From contig NTKK01000004.1 of assembly GCA_002457675.1 (NCBI GenBank), positions 91,666-155,665 of the forward strand: a stretch of 64,000 bases of DNA, in the 5' to 3' direction. This document shows, piece by piece, positions 19,409 through 28,360 of the stretch (its first letter is position 1; each line of letters starts with the position of its first letter). Source of the stretch: Bacteroidetes bacterium MED-G17. Lineage in GTDB: Bacteria > Bacteroidota > Bacteroidia > NS11-12g > UBA9320. The position numbers were made by a program, and so were the translations under genes. Below the pieces are notes generated by a model, which saw only the letters and a list, made by a program, of their open reading frames with translations, was not told the origin of the DNA and searched no databases.

Positions 19409-19784
19409 GTACTGCTTTATCATATTGTTTTATTTACCTTATCTATTGTCGGCACAGCAAATTCGCTTCCACGAATCACCGGGCCTAAAACTTGCCCTAG
19501 AACAAAAAATTTCATCTACAGATTCCACCTCTATTGATGGTTTTCGGATTCAAATATTTTCGGGCAATAACCGACAAAATGCAGACAAAATTCAAGAAGA
19601 ACTTATTGCGGAATTCCCAGAATTTTTAGGTCGAACCTATCTAAAATACCAGGCACCCAACTATAAAATAAGAGTGGGTAATTACTACCAAGAAATTGAT
19701 GCTCAACGAGATTTAAAAAATCTGGAAAAAAAATATGAAGGGATTTTTGTGGTGCGTGAACAAATTCGTCTTCCCAAACGCTAA
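19401..19784 (+). CDS. SPOR-domain protein with a signal peptide
   Basis: The track ORF starts at 19362. A start at 19401 ([20 protein letters not shown] signal) overlaps the secA stop by only 8 nt. The C-terminus ([21 protein letters not shown]...[21 protein letters not shown]) has the SPOR-domain pattern. Confidence 0.55.
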   Translation: MLRYCFIILFYLPYLLSAQQIRFHESPGLKLALEQKISSTDSTSIDGFRIQIFSGNNRQNADKIQEELIAEFPEFLGRTYLKYQAPNYKIRVGNYYQEIDAQRDLKNLEKKYEGIFVVREQIRLPKR

Positions 19785-19798
19785 ATAAAAAACGAAGT

Positions 19799-20161
19799 AT
19801 GACTTTCGCCATAATCGCACACGATGGAAAAAAGCCTGAGATGGTCGACTTCTTACTAAACAATAAGGATCACCTAAAAGGGATTAACCTTTTAGCCACC
19901 TCCACGACTGGTAGTCATGTAGAAGAAATGGGACTTGATGTACAAAAAATGATGAGCGGCCCCCTAGGGGGTGATGCACAAATAGCTGCCCAAGTAGCAC
20001 AAAATAAAGTTGATGCAGTATTTTTTTTTCGTGACCCTATGGGAAAGCATCCTCACGAACCTGATGTGCAAATGCTACTTAGATTATGCGATGTACACAA
20101 CATTCCACTAGCTACCAACCCAGCAAGCGCGCAATACATTTTAAAAGGTTTGATACGGTAA
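19799..20161 (+). CDS. mgsA: Methylglyoxal synthase
   Basis: 120 aa. IALIAHDGKK...TSTTG...SGPLGGDAQI...FFRDPMGKHPHEPDV...LLRLCDVHNIPLATN is the canonical MgsA sequence. Confidence 0.9.
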   Translation: MTFAIIAHDGKKPEMVDFLLNNKDHLKGINLLATSTTGSHVEEMGLDVQKMMSGPLGGDAQIAAQVAQNKVDAVFFFRDPMGKHPHEPDVQMLLRLCDVHNIPLATNPASAQYILKGLIR

Positions 20162-20195
20162 AAGGAAACAAATAATTACTTTTGCCAAACAATTT

Positions 20196-20269
20196 GGCGA
20201 GGTAGCTCAGATGGTTAGAGCGCAGGATTCATAACCCTGAGGTCGGCAGTTCGATTCTGCTCCTCGCTA
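20196..20269 (+). tRNA. tRNA-Met, elongator type (anticodon CAT; could be tRNA-Ile2/lysidine)
   Basis: Acceptor GGCGAGG/CCTCGCT, anticodon loop TTCATAA, T-loop TTCGATT, discriminator A. It lacks the three consecutive G-C pairs of initiator tRNA. Confidence 0.8.
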
Positions 20270-20344
20270 CAGCGAAGCGATTTATCGAACTATTTATTCG
20301 GTAATTTGGTATAAAGATTCGATAACAGTTTCAAAGAGTCTACA
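20270..20344 (+). repeat. 75-bp repeat unit, copy A, directly abutting the tRNA-Met 3' end
   Basis: CAGCGAAGCGATTTATCGAACTATTTATTCGGTAATTTGGTATAAAGATTCGATAACAGTTTCAAAGAGTCTACA. It contains the inverted repeat TTATCGAA(20283-20290)/TTCGATAA(20319-20326). It is near-identical to copy B (2 mismatches). Confidence 0.8.
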
Positions 20345-20460
20345 CAATTAAGCCCTGCAACTACTTGATTTTTACATGTTTGCAGTTTTTTTTATTTGAG
20401 TATAGAAACATATCGGGATCATTTTGATATTCTACGACTTCTCTGACAGAACCAATAATT

Positions 20461-21588
20461 TTAATTTGACTTTAAAATTTTAAATACCTGATTATCTAAT
20501 TTCAAAAAGTAGATACTCGGCGGTAAATTTGACAAATCAATCTTTTGATTACTTGATTTAATTGTTCCAAAAATCAATTTTTTTCCTAGTGGAGAAAACA
20601 ACTCGTAATTCAATTTCTCAGAAAAATTCAATGATAAATCAATTTTTGAATTGGTTGGATTTGGATAGATGTTCTCTTGACTATTTTCAAATTCAGGGAC
20701 AGACAATGTTCCATTAATATCAAATCTCGAAAAAAACTGCCAAATTTCCATTGAGGCATTAATATCTTGGTTTGTTCCTGGGAATGTGAAACTTGAGCCT
20801 GGCCAAGTATGACCGCCTCCAATAATTTTCATATGCTCTGTAGTTACGCCATTATCACCACCTGAATAAATAGTATGTTCGACAGTGCTTCCATCTGAAC
20901 GATTTATATCTGTTAGAGCAGCAGTAGTTGGGCTTGATTCACAATTATTATAATTTACCCAGTAAAATATGACATCTTCAATGGATCGTGTCCAAGTATC
21001 ACCATTATATGGCACAATCCTATCACCTGTGCCATGAATTTGCAGAATTGGTGTTGGCTGCTGGGCGTTACATGCATCATAAGTATCTGGAGTCATGGAG
21101 CCTGTAACAGAGGCCACAGCCGCAATTTTTTCGCTCAATTGACAAGCCAATAAAAAACTCATAAAACCACCATTAGACATTCCTGTTGCGTATACTCTAT
21201 CTAAATTTATGGTGTATAAATTTGCTAACTCATTGATTAATGCTGCTGTAAAACCGACATCATCTGTCTTGTTTCTATTTCCCAGAAATCCTACATTCCA
21301 CTGTTGAACTCCATTTAATATAGATCCTTGAGGATGAACCAAAAGAAATCCTTCTGTATCAGCTATATCGCGAAAATCTCCGTAAAACATTTGTTGGTTT
21401 GCATTACTCCCATATCCGTGAAAGTTAAGAACTAAAGGCACATCTTCGCTACCATCGTAAATAGCTGGAATATATAGAATATAATCTCGCTGAATTCCTT
21501 GGTGCACAATAGATCTATTAATGGTTTGTTGCGCGGAAATAGAAAAATCGAACCCAATAAGGAGAAGTAGTATAGTTATGTATTTCAT
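20461..21588 (-). CDS. Secreted esterase (PHB-depolymerase / feruloyl-esterase family alpha/beta hydrolase) with a T9SS C-terminal sorting domain
   Basis: 375 aa. Signal peptide, LVLNFHGYGSNA, and a nucleophile elbow GMSNGGFMS. The C-terminal ~80 aa (IYPNPTNSKIDLSLNF...IYFLKLDNQVFKILK) matches the T9SS CTD pattern. Confidence 0.8.
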   Translation of the reverse strand: MKYITILLLLIGFDFSISAQQTINRSIVHQGIQRDYILYIPAIYDGSEDVPLVLNFHGYGSNANQQMFYGDFRDIADTEGFLLVHPQGSILNGVQQWNVGFLGNRNKTDDVGFTAALINELANLYTINLDRVYATGMSNGGFMSFLLACQLSEKIAAVASVTGSMTPDTYDACNAQQPTPILQIHGTGDRIVPYNGDTWTRSIEDVIFYWVNYNNCESSPTTAALTDINRSDGSTVEHTIYSGGDNGVTTEHMKIIGGGHTWPGSSFTFPGTNQDINASMEIWQFFSRFDINGTLSVPEFENSQENIYPNPTNSKIDLSLNFSEKLNYELFSPLGKKLIFGTIKSSNQKIDLSNLPPSIYFLKLDNQVFKILKSN

Positions 21589-21640
21589 AATTGGGATACT
21601 TTAACTCTGTGAAATTAATAAAAATAACAGACAGCTCCTC

Positions 21641-21676
21641 AATTAAATTTATCGAACCAATGGATTTGGCTTGACT
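21641..21676 (+). repeat. Partial, degenerate copy of the 75-bp repeat core
   Basis: AATTAAATTTATCGAACCAATGGATTTGGCTTGACT resembles the unit core CGATTTATCGAACTATTTATTCGGTAATTTGG. Confidence 0.3.
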
Positions 21677-21680
21677 AGAT

Positions 21681-21718
21681 CTTAAGTTGAAGGTTAGATA
21701 ATAGGAGCAAGGCCTCTA
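21681..21718 (+). pseudogene. Decayed tRNA-Met-like remnant (pseudo-tRNA) immediately upstream of repeat copy B
   Basis: GTTGAAGGTTAGATAATAGGAGCAAGGCCTCTA resembles tRNA-Met D-arm and anticodon-stem segments (GATGGTTAGAGCGCAGGA) and the 3' end (CCTCGCTA), with internal deletions. The same junction ...CTACAGCGAAG follows it, as at the intact tRNA. Confidence 0.3.
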
Positions 21719-21793
21719 CAGCGAAGTGATTTATCGAACTATTTATTCGGTAATTTGGTCTAAAGATTCGATAACAGTTTCAAAGAGTCTACA
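21719..21793 (+). repeat. 75-bp repeat unit, copy B
   Basis: 73/75 identical to copy A. Same internal inverted repeat. Confidence 0.8.
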
Positions 21794-21866
21794 GCGATAC
21801 GATTTATCGAACTATTTGATCGGTTATTTGGATTAAAGATTCGATAACATTATCAAAGAGTCTACC
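21792..21866 (+). repeat. 75-bp repeat unit, copy C (diverged), in tandem with B at a 73-bp period
   Basis: CAGCGATACGATTTATCGAACTATTTGATCGGTTATTTGGATTAAAGATTCGATAACATTATCAAAGAGTCTACC is about 85% identical to A and B. The inverted repeat is preserved. Confidence 0.7.
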
Positions 21867-21903
21867 AAAGTCCTTTGGTTGTGTGTTGGTAAAAGTTTTG
21901 GAT

Positions 21904-22265
21904 TTAATGAGTATTGATAAATTTATTGAATTCGCTTATTGCAGTCATACTTTTGAAAAGAGCGCCGTGGTCACCACCAGGGATCTCAATAAATTGTCTG
22001 TTTTGACAACTTGAGCAATTGATTACATCTTGTTTAAAAGTTGGCCAAGAGTACATCTGTATAGGAGAGTCATTCAATCCTTGAACAAACAAAATATCAG
22101 CCTTGAAAGCATTTGTAAAATTGAGTAGTGACCTTTGAAAATAATCATTATGTAAATTTCAACTACACAAGAAGCACTTGTGCACCCAAAATTGATTCCA
22201 TATCCTTCCATTCTGCCATAGTTGAACATAAGGTGAATAGCTCTAGCAATCTGCAAATAAAGCAC
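21904..22265 (-). pseudogene. Remnant of an alpha/beta-hydrolase gene (C-terminal portion, frameshifted)
   Basis: Two short ORFs in different frames. The distal one reads ...FVQGLNDSP...FIEIPGGDHGALF..., which is the typical C-terminal catalytic-His region of alpha/beta hydrolases. There is no intact N-terminal part with a GxSxG motif. Confidence 0.4.
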
Positions 22266-22448
22266 CGCCTACAAATGGTCTTTTATGACAACCAAGGCGA
22301 ACACCATAAAGCAGGTGTCGGTATTGAATATACCAAGCGGCCTTTTAACATTGGCTTACAAATTAATGTGGGTGAAATGGATAAAATTTGGGGAATGATT
22401 CAAGAAGATTACTTTGAGGGAGTCTTAAAAATAAATTACCGTTTTTAA
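22260..22448 (+). pseudogene. Remnant of an outer-membrane beta-barrel protein gene (C-terminal ~60 codons only)
   Basis: The frame ends ...GVGIEYTKRPFNIGLQINVGEMDKIWGMIQEDYFEGVLKINYRF*, a typical OMP C-terminal beta-strand ending in an aromatic residue. The upstream part is out of frame or absent. Confidence 0.3.
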
Positions 22449-22454
22449 AATGAG

Positions 22455-22536
22455 TGCCCAGAGCCGGAGTCGAACCGGCACTCCCGAAGGAACTGGTGTT
22501 TGAGACCAGCGCGTCTACCAATTCCGCCATCTGGGC
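22455..22536 (-). tRNA. tRNA-Leu (anticodon CAA), type II with a long variable arm
   Basis: The reverse complement is GCCCAGATGGCGGAATTGGTAGACGCGCTGGTCTCAAACACCAGTTCCTTCGGGAGTGCCGGTTCGACTCCGGCTCTGGGCA. Anticodon loop CTCAAAC, T-arm GCCGG-TTCGACT-CCGGC. Confidence 0.85.
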
Positions 22537-22606
22537 AAATCTTGTCTTTTGAATTGGGTGGGCAAAAATAAGATATAAGGGGAAATAAGAAAGTACTTAA
22601 TCAGGG

Positions 22607-23821
22607 CTAAATTCCTTCGGCACCAAAATGTTGATTTAGTATGCCTTCTACCTCGGCTAGTTTTATATGTAGTTTTTCGTCTTCAGCGTATGGCGCCTCA
22701 AACATGATAGGAAGCATGATTCTCTCTAAAATACTTCGTAAACCTCTTGCACCCAATTTCAGCTCAAGTGTTTTTGCCACAATTGCATCCAACAGAGCTG
22801 GTTCAAAACTTAAGTCTTTTCCTTCTAATTCCATAAGTTTTTGGTATTGCTTGATCAAGGCATTTTTGGGCTCAAGGAGTATTCGTTTTAATGCTTCAGC
22901 GCTCAAATGTTCTAAATGTGCTACGATTGGTAACCTGCCTAAAATTTCAGGAATTAATCCATACAAACGTAAATCTGCAGAGCTAACATATTCAAGAATG
23001 TTTCGTTCTTTTCGTTCCGATTTCGTTTGCTGAAATCCTAAAGAATTGGTGTTGATTCTTCTCTGAATAATTTTGTCTATTCCTTCAAATGCTCCACCGC
23101 AAATAAAAAGTATATTTTGGGTGTTCACCTTAATCATAGCTTGGTCTGGGTGCTTGCGCCCGCCTTGAGGAGGCACATTGATTATGGAGCCTTCCAAAAG
23201 CTTGAGCAAACCTTGTTGAACCCCTTCTCCTGAAACATCTCTTGTGATGCTAGGATTGTCTCCTTTTCGCCCTATTTTGTCAATTTCATCAATATAAATA
23301 ATTCCTTTTTCTGCTTTTTTTACATCGTAGTCCGCTGCTTGTAATAAGCGTGTAATGATACTTTCTATATCCTCTCCCACATAACCTGCCTGGGTAATCA
23401 CTGTAGCATCCGCCATAGCAAAAGGAACATGTAAAAGACGGGCCAAACTTTTAGTCAAAAGGGTTTTACCCGTGCCCGTTTCACCTACCAGCAATACATT
23501 TGATTTTTCAATTTCTACTTGGTGCTCGTCTTTTTCTTGCTGCAAGCGCTTGTAATGATTGTATACCGAAACAGAAAGTACTTTTTTGGCTAGCTCTTGT
23601 CCTATTACATATTGGTCAAGAAATTCTTTGATTTCTTTGGGTTTATGTGTTTTGGGCAATACAAAAGTGCTTTCCGCGGTGTGCTGCTTGCTTGATTCCA
23701 ATATTCTTTGGCTTTGGGCAAGGCATTTTTCGCATATCTGAGCCTCCTTTCCTGCAATGAGTATTTGTGCCTCAGACTCACTGCGGCTACAAAAAGAGCA
23801 ATAGGATTCTTTTTTGCTCAA
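22607..23821 (-). CDS. clpX: ATP-dependent Clp protease ATP-binding subunit ClpX
   Basis: 404 aa. N-terminal zinc-binding CSFC...CEKC, Walker A GETGTGKT, and IYIDEIDKI. Confidence 0.97.
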   Translation of the reverse strand: MSKKESYCSFCSRSESEAQILIAGKEAQICEKCLAQSQRILESSKQHTAESTFVLPKTHKPKEIKEFLDQYVIGQELAKKVLSVSVYNHYKRLQQEKDEHQVEIEKSNVLLVGETGTGKTLLTKSLARLLHVPFAMADATVITQAGYVGEDIESIITRLLQAADYDVKKAEKGIIYIDEIDKIGRKGDNPSITRDVSGEGVQQGLLKLLEGSIINVPPQGGRKHPDQAMIKVNTQNILFICGGAFEGIDKIIQRRINTNSLGFQQTKSERKERNILEYVSSADLRLYGLIPEILGRLPIVAHLEHLSAEALKRILLEPKNALIKQYQKLMELEGKDLSFEPALLDAIVAKTLELKLGARGLRSILERIMLPIMFEAPYAEDEKLHIKLAEVEGILNQHFGAEGI

Positions 23822-24496
23822 TTATTCTTCTTTAGGTTTGTTCTTTAGCAAGATTTCGTCAATCATGCCGTATTCTTTGGCTTCGCCAGCGTTCATCCAA
23901 TAGTCTCGATCGCTATCTTCATGTACTTTATCATATGATTGCCCAGAATGGTTGGCAATTATTTCATAAAGTGTTTTCTTCATCTTCTTAATTTCATTTA
24001 CCGTAATTTCCATATCACTAGCTTGACCTTGCGCACCACCTAAGGGTTGATGAATCATAACTCTTGAGTGTTTTAGCGCGCTTCTTTTCTTAGGCGCCCC
24101 AGCGCAAAGTAATACCGCAGCCATGCTCGCTGCCATTCCCGTACAAATAGTGGCAACATCGCTGCTGATATATTGCATGGTATCATAAATACCTAAACCA
24201 GCATAAACAGATCCTCCTGGGCTATTCAAATAAATTTGAATGTCTCTATTGGGCGCAGTAGATTCTAAAAACAACAGTTGCCCCATGATGATGTTGGCGA
24301 CTTGGTCATTAATTGGAACACCAAGAAATATGATTCTGTCCATCATAAGTCTCGAAAAAATATCGATGGCCTGAACATTTAGTTGTCTTTCTTCTATGAT
24401 ATTGGGCGTAAGGTTGTCGATGTAGTGGTCTACTAAAGTACTACTGATACCTAAATGTTTAGTTGCATAGGTTTGAAATTCTTTTCCGAAGTGCAT
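23822..24496 (-). CDS. clpP: ATP-dependent Clp protease proteolytic subunit ClpP
   Basis: 224 aa. Catalytic Ser context GMAASMAAVLL, and a His and Asp in canonical positions. Confidence 0.95.
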   Translation of the reverse strand: MHFGKEFQTYATKHLGISSTLVDHYIDNLTPNIIEERQLNVQAIDIFSRLMMDRIIFLGVPINDQVANIIMGQLLFLESTAPNRDIQIYLNSPGGSVYAGLGIYDTMQYISSDVATICTGMAASMAAVLLCAGAPKKRSALKHSRVMIHQPLGGAQGQASDMEITVNEIKKMKKTLYEIIANHSGQSYDKVHEDSDRDYWMNAGEAKEYGMIDEILLKNKPKEE

Positions 24497-24510
24497 ATTA
24501 AAGATACAAA

Positions 24511-25899
24511 TTAAGGTGTTTGCTTGTTTTTTTCGTTTCGTTTTTTGACCAAATCATAGAACTTTTCTATCGCAATAGACTTTTTCTTGATGGTTACCAT
24601 TTTTTTGGCTTCGGCTTTCACTTTGCGACCAATTACCAAATCACGTACCCGGTTCATATACGATTCATTTTCACGACTTGATTTTTCAAATTGCTCAATC
24701 GTTGCCGGATCTGGATTTTGCATACCGTATTGACGTAGCATGTTGACAGTCATACTTAATGAAGCTTCCTTAAATTCCTCTTCGTTGATGTGTAAATCAA
24801 AATTTTTAACAAATTTTTCTCGAACAAGCTGTTTTTTCAATAAGTTGGATTCATTTTCATATTGATCATCAATATTTTCTTCATTGTAGTGCTCATTTTT
24901 GGTTGACACCAACCATTTCTTTAAGAATTCGTCGGGCAAGGGGACTTCATGTTTTTCTTCGATTAAGTCATCAATTTGCACATCTAAAAATGCTTCTGCC
25001 TCTCCTTCATAATATTTACTTAGGTTGTCTTTGATTTTTGATAGGAACTCTTCTTCACCTTTTACTGCTCCTTCACCAAAAACTTTATCAAACAATTCTT
25101 GATTGAACACCGCTTCCTGTAATTGGTTGATTTTTACTACTTCAATTTCAAAATTTTTATTTAAATCCTCTACGGCTTCTTTGGGTATGGAAAGCGCTTG
25201 ACCAATTACTGCTTGGTTGTTGTTAAAGGCCTCGCGAATATCCAAAATGGCTTTGTCGCCTTTTTTAATCTTATTCAAAGTTTTTTTGATGCTTTTGCTT
25301 TCAATAACCTCTGGCAAAAAAGAAACCTCTTTATCTGCAAGTCCTCCCTCAATTGGATTTCCATCTTCCCCTAGCTCATTTATTTTAGCGACAATTGAAT
25401 CGTTTTCACTGTTTGCTTGCTCCACTTCCTCCATTTTACCATATTGTCTTTTGATGCTCTCCAGTTCTTTTTCAACGGCTTTTTTATCTAATTTCAGCTT
25501 GTATCTCTCCACTTTATCACTAGATGAGAGTTGAAGGTCTATCTGCGGCACCAAACCCAAGTCAAAATGAAGGTCAAAATCGGGTTCTGTGAGTAAATCT
25601 TGTTTTTCATTTTTATCTTCTTGTGCCATTGGTTGCCCAAGGATATCTAACTCATTTTCTTTGATGTATTTATACACCGCATCTGACGCAATTTTATTTA
25701 CCTCTTCAGCAATTATGCTCTCTCCCACCATTTTCTTTAGCATGCCCATAGGCACATGACCCTGTCGAAAACCAGGTATTTTGGCTTTGTTTCGATAGTT
25801 TTTTAGTTGCTCATTTACCTTTTCATGGTAATCGTCTTTGGCGATATGAATGGAAAGGCAAGCGTTCAGTTCGTCTAATTTCTCGAATTTTGTTTCCAA
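24511..25899 (-). CDS. tig: Trigger factor
   Basis: 462 aa. N-terminal ribosome-binding motif GFRQGHVP, and a typical three-domain trigger-factor layout. Confidence 0.93.
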   Translation of the reverse strand: METKFEKLDELNACLSIHIAKDDYHEKVNEQLKNYRNKAKIPGFRQGHVPMGMLKKMVGESIIAEEVNKIASDAVYKYIKENELDILGQPMAQEDKNEKQDLLTEPDFDLHFDLGLVPQIDLQLSSSDKVERYKLKLDKKAVEKELESIKRQYGKMEEVEQANSENDSIVAKINELGEDGNPIEGGLADKEVSFLPEVIESKSIKKTLNKIKKGDKAILDIREAFNNNQAVIGQALSIPKEAVEDLNKNFEIEVVKINQLQEAVFNQELFDKVFGEGAVKGEEEFLSKIKDNLSKYYEGEAEAFLDVQIDDLIEEKHEVPLPDEFLKKWLVSTKNEHYNEENIDDQYENESNLLKKQLVREKFVKNFDLHINEEEFKEASLSMTVNMLRQYGMQNPDPATIEQFEKSSRENESYMNRVRDLVIGRKVKAEAKKMVTIKKKSIAIEKFYDLVKKRNEKNKQTP

Positions 25900-25935
25900 T
25901 GATTCTATTGTTTTAGAAATATCTATAAAAAGAAG

Positions 25936-26017
25936 TGCGGGTAGAGAGAGTCGAACTCACACGCCTCACGGCACTAGATCCTAAATCTAGCGTGTCTACC
26001 AATTCCACCATACCCGC
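25936..26017 (-). tRNA. tRNA-Leu (anticodon TAG), type II
   Basis: The reverse complement is GCGGGTATGGTGGAATTGGTAGACACGCTAGATTTAGGATCTAGTGCCGTGAGGCGTGTGAGTTCGACTCTCTCTACCCGCA. Anticodon loop TTTAGGA. There is one T-T mismatch in the T-stem. Confidence 0.8.
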
Positions 26018-26054
26018 GTCCTTTAAAAAGGGTGGCAAATATAAGTTTCTTTTG

Positions 26055-27647
26055 TTATTCATTATCCAACTTAAATTCTGAATTTTCGTGGTAGGTAATT
26101 TCTGGGTTATTGCTCTTTGCCATTTGTAATATATATGCAGTTTGAGCCAGAAAAACCTTGTTGCCGTCCTTATCAAAAACAATGTCTTTGTGCCTGTATT
26201 TACAAAAATCTTCAATTTTGGAGGTATCACCTGTCATCCAACACGCCTTGAAATAATTTAGGGGATCCAGCCGTGATTTGGCTCCATATTCATGTTCTAG
26301 CCTATACTTAATCACATCAAATTGTAATTCACCCACAACACCAATAAATTTTCTATTACCCGGTTGTTGTGTAAAAAGCTGCGCCACTCCTTCATCGGTT
26401 AGTTGCTCCACTCCTTTTTTCAGTTGCTTACTTTTCATCGGATCTAAGTTGATGACTTCTTTAAAAATTTCTGGAGAAAAACTGGGCATACCTTTGAAAA
26501 ATAATTCCTCGCCTTCAGTTAAGGTATCGCCTATTTTAAAGTTTCCTGTATCATATAAACCCACCACATCTCCTGGAAAAGCTTCGTCTATTACATTTTT
26601 GCTCTGTGCTAAAAAATTATAAGGATTATTGAACCGAACTTTTTTGTTTAGCCGAACGTGTTGGTAAAATTTGTTTCTTTCGAATTTACCTGAACAGACC
26701 CGCAAAAAAGCAATTCTGTCTCTGTGCTTTGGATCAAGATTGGCATGGATTTTAAATATAAAACCAGAAAATTTTTTCTCTTCTGGATCAACTAAACGAA
26801 CATTTGTGTTTCTTGACTTTGGACTAGGTGCTATATTAACAAAGGTGTTTAGTAATTCATCTACACCAAAATTGTTGAGTGCGGAACCAAAAAAGACAGG
26901 TGCCAATTTACCATCTATATAAAGTTGCTTATCAAATTTTTCATAAACCCCTTCAACCAAATCAACGTCTTCCCTCAATTTTTCAGCATCTTCAGCACCA
27001 ACAATTTCATCTAAAAGGGGGTCTTGTATGTTTTTTATTTTTAACTGCTCTTCTTCAGAGGTCTTTTTGGTTTTATTGCTATTAAATAAATTGAGACTAT
27101 GGTTGTATAATAAATATACACCTTTAAAATCGCTACCACCATTTATTGGCCAACTTAATGGCCTTACATCTATATTTAATTCTTCTTCAATTTCGTCGAG
27201 CAAATCGAAGGGGTCTTTTCCGTCCCGGTCCAATTTGTTAATAAACACAATCACCGGGGTTTTTCTCATCCGGCAAACATGCATTAATTTTCGTGTTTGC
27301 TCTTCTACACCTTTTACGCAATCAATGACCAATATTACGCTATCCACAGCGGTGAGCGTTCTGTAAGTATCCTCTGCGAAATCTTTGTGACCAGGTGTAT
27401 CAAGTATATTGATAAGCTTGGCATTAAATTCAAAAGCTAAGACAGATGTAGCAACCGAAATGCCACGCTGTTTTTCAATTTCCATGAAATCTGAGGTTGC
27501 TGTCTTTTTTATCTTATTGCTTTTTACTGCACCGGCCGTTTGTATGGCTCCGCCAAAGAGGAGTAATTTCTCCGTCAGCGTTGTTTTGCCTGCATCAGGA
27601 TGGCTTACAATTCCAAAGGTTTTTCTTTTGGCTATTTGCTCTATCAT
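26055..27647 (-). CDS. prfC: Peptide chain release factor 3
   Basis: 530 aa. GTPase motifs [21 protein letters not shown], and a full-length RF3 pattern. Confidence 0.93.
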   Translation of the reverse strand: MIEQIAKRKTFGIVSHPDAGKTTLTEKLLLFGGAIQTAGAVKSNKIKKTATSDFMEIEKQRGISVATSVLAFEFNAKLINILDTPGHKDFAEDTYRTLTAVDSVILVIDCVKGVEEQTRKLMHVCRMRKTPVIVFINKLDRDGKDPFDLLDEIEEELNIDVRPLSWPINGGSDFKGVYLLYNHSLNLFNSNKTKKTSEEEQLKIKNIQDPLLDEIVGAEDAEKLREDVDLVEGVYEKFDKQLYIDGKLAPVFFGSALNNFGVDELLNTFVNIAPSPKSRNTNVRLVDPEEKKFSGFIFKIHANLDPKHRDRIAFLRVCSGKFERNKFYQHVRLNKKVRFNNPYNFLAQSKNVIDEAFPGDVVGLYDTGNFKIGDTLTEGEELFFKGMPSFSPEIFKEVINLDPMKSKQLKKGVEQLTDEGVAQLFTQQPGNRKFIGVVGELQFDVIKYRLEHEYGAKSRLDPLNYFKACWMTGDTSKIEDFCKYRHKDIVFDKDGNKVFLAQTAYILQMAKSNNPEITYHENSEFKLDNE

Positions 27648-27692
27648 TTTTGGCGCTGCGAAAGTAAGAAATTCAGTATTTTCGTTTGATAC

Positions 27693-28325
27693 ATGAGAAA
27701 CCTTGTTTTTTTATTTGCCATCCTTGGTGTAAGTTCGTGCGGCATTTTACAAACCACTAAATTAATTAGACAAATGGATTTACAAGATGGCGTCTACGCC
27801 GAAATGAAGACAGGAGCTGGTGACATATTCATTAAGCTGCATTTTGAAGAAACACCACTCACAGTGGCAAATTTTGTTGGATTGGCAGAGGGCGGTATTG
27901 AAAATAGTGCTAAACCTTTAGGAGATCCTTATTATGATGGATTAAAGTTTCACAGAGTAATAAGTGTTGCCAATGGTGACGGCCAAGACTTTATGATTCA
28001 GGGTGGAGATCCCGAAGGAACTGGAAGAGGTGGACCAGGATACCAGTTTAAAGACGAGTTTGTACCTGAGCTCAAGCACAACAAACCAGGAATTTTGAGT
28101 ATGGCCAATGCGGGACCAGGCACCAATGGTAGTCAATTTTTTATTACCATTACTGAAACACCATGGTTAGACAATCGTCATACCGTTTTTGGCGAAGTAA
28201 TTAAAGGTCAAGATATAGTAAAGGAAATAAAGCAAGGGGAAACGATACATCAAATCATTATCCACAGAGTTGGCAAAAAAGCGAAAGATTTTGATGCTGT
28301 AAAAACTTTTGAACATTTAAAGTAA
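27693..28325 (+). CDS. Peptidyl-prolyl cis-trans isomerase, cyclophilin type, with lipoprotein signal
   Basis: 210 aa. Signal with VSSCG, and cyclophilin core FHRVI...FMIQGGD...GTGRGG...NGSQFFIT. Confidence 0.9.
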   Translation: MRNLVFLFAILGVSSCGILQTTKLIRQMDLQDGVYAEMKTGAGDIFIKLHFEETPLTVANFVGLAEGGIENSAKPLGDPYYDGLKFHRVISVANGDGQDFMIQGGDPEGTGRGGPGYQFKDEFVPELKHNKPGILSMANAGPGTNGSQFFITITETPWLDNRHTVFGEVIKGQDIVKEIKQGETIHQIIIHRVGKKAKDFDAVKTFEHLK

Positions 28326-28360
28326 ACCATTCCACCAATTGTAGGTTTATCCTATAATCT

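Noticed and set aside
21719-21866. Possible CRISPR array
   Set aside because: There are only two tandem units with a 73-bp period, no unique spacers and no cas genes anywhere in the window. A diverged third copy lies 1.4 kb away. This is a dispersed or tandem repeat family, not CRISPR.
20270-21870. Integrated mobile element with integrase
   Set aside because: The direct repeats flanking the esterase gene look att-like. But no integrase, transposase, excisionase or other mobility gene is present in or near the interval, so no mobile_element feature was called.
22128-22265. Overlapping + and - strand ORFs (22128-22448 + and 22074-22265 -) treated as two genes
   Set aside because: Both cannot be real. 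Each only carries a terminal fragment of a recognisable domain, so they are better interpreted as pseudogene debris (see findings).
25913-26230. 105-aa minus-strand ORF
   Set aside because: It overlaps tRNA-Leu(TAG) and the 3' end of prfC in another frame. This is spurious.
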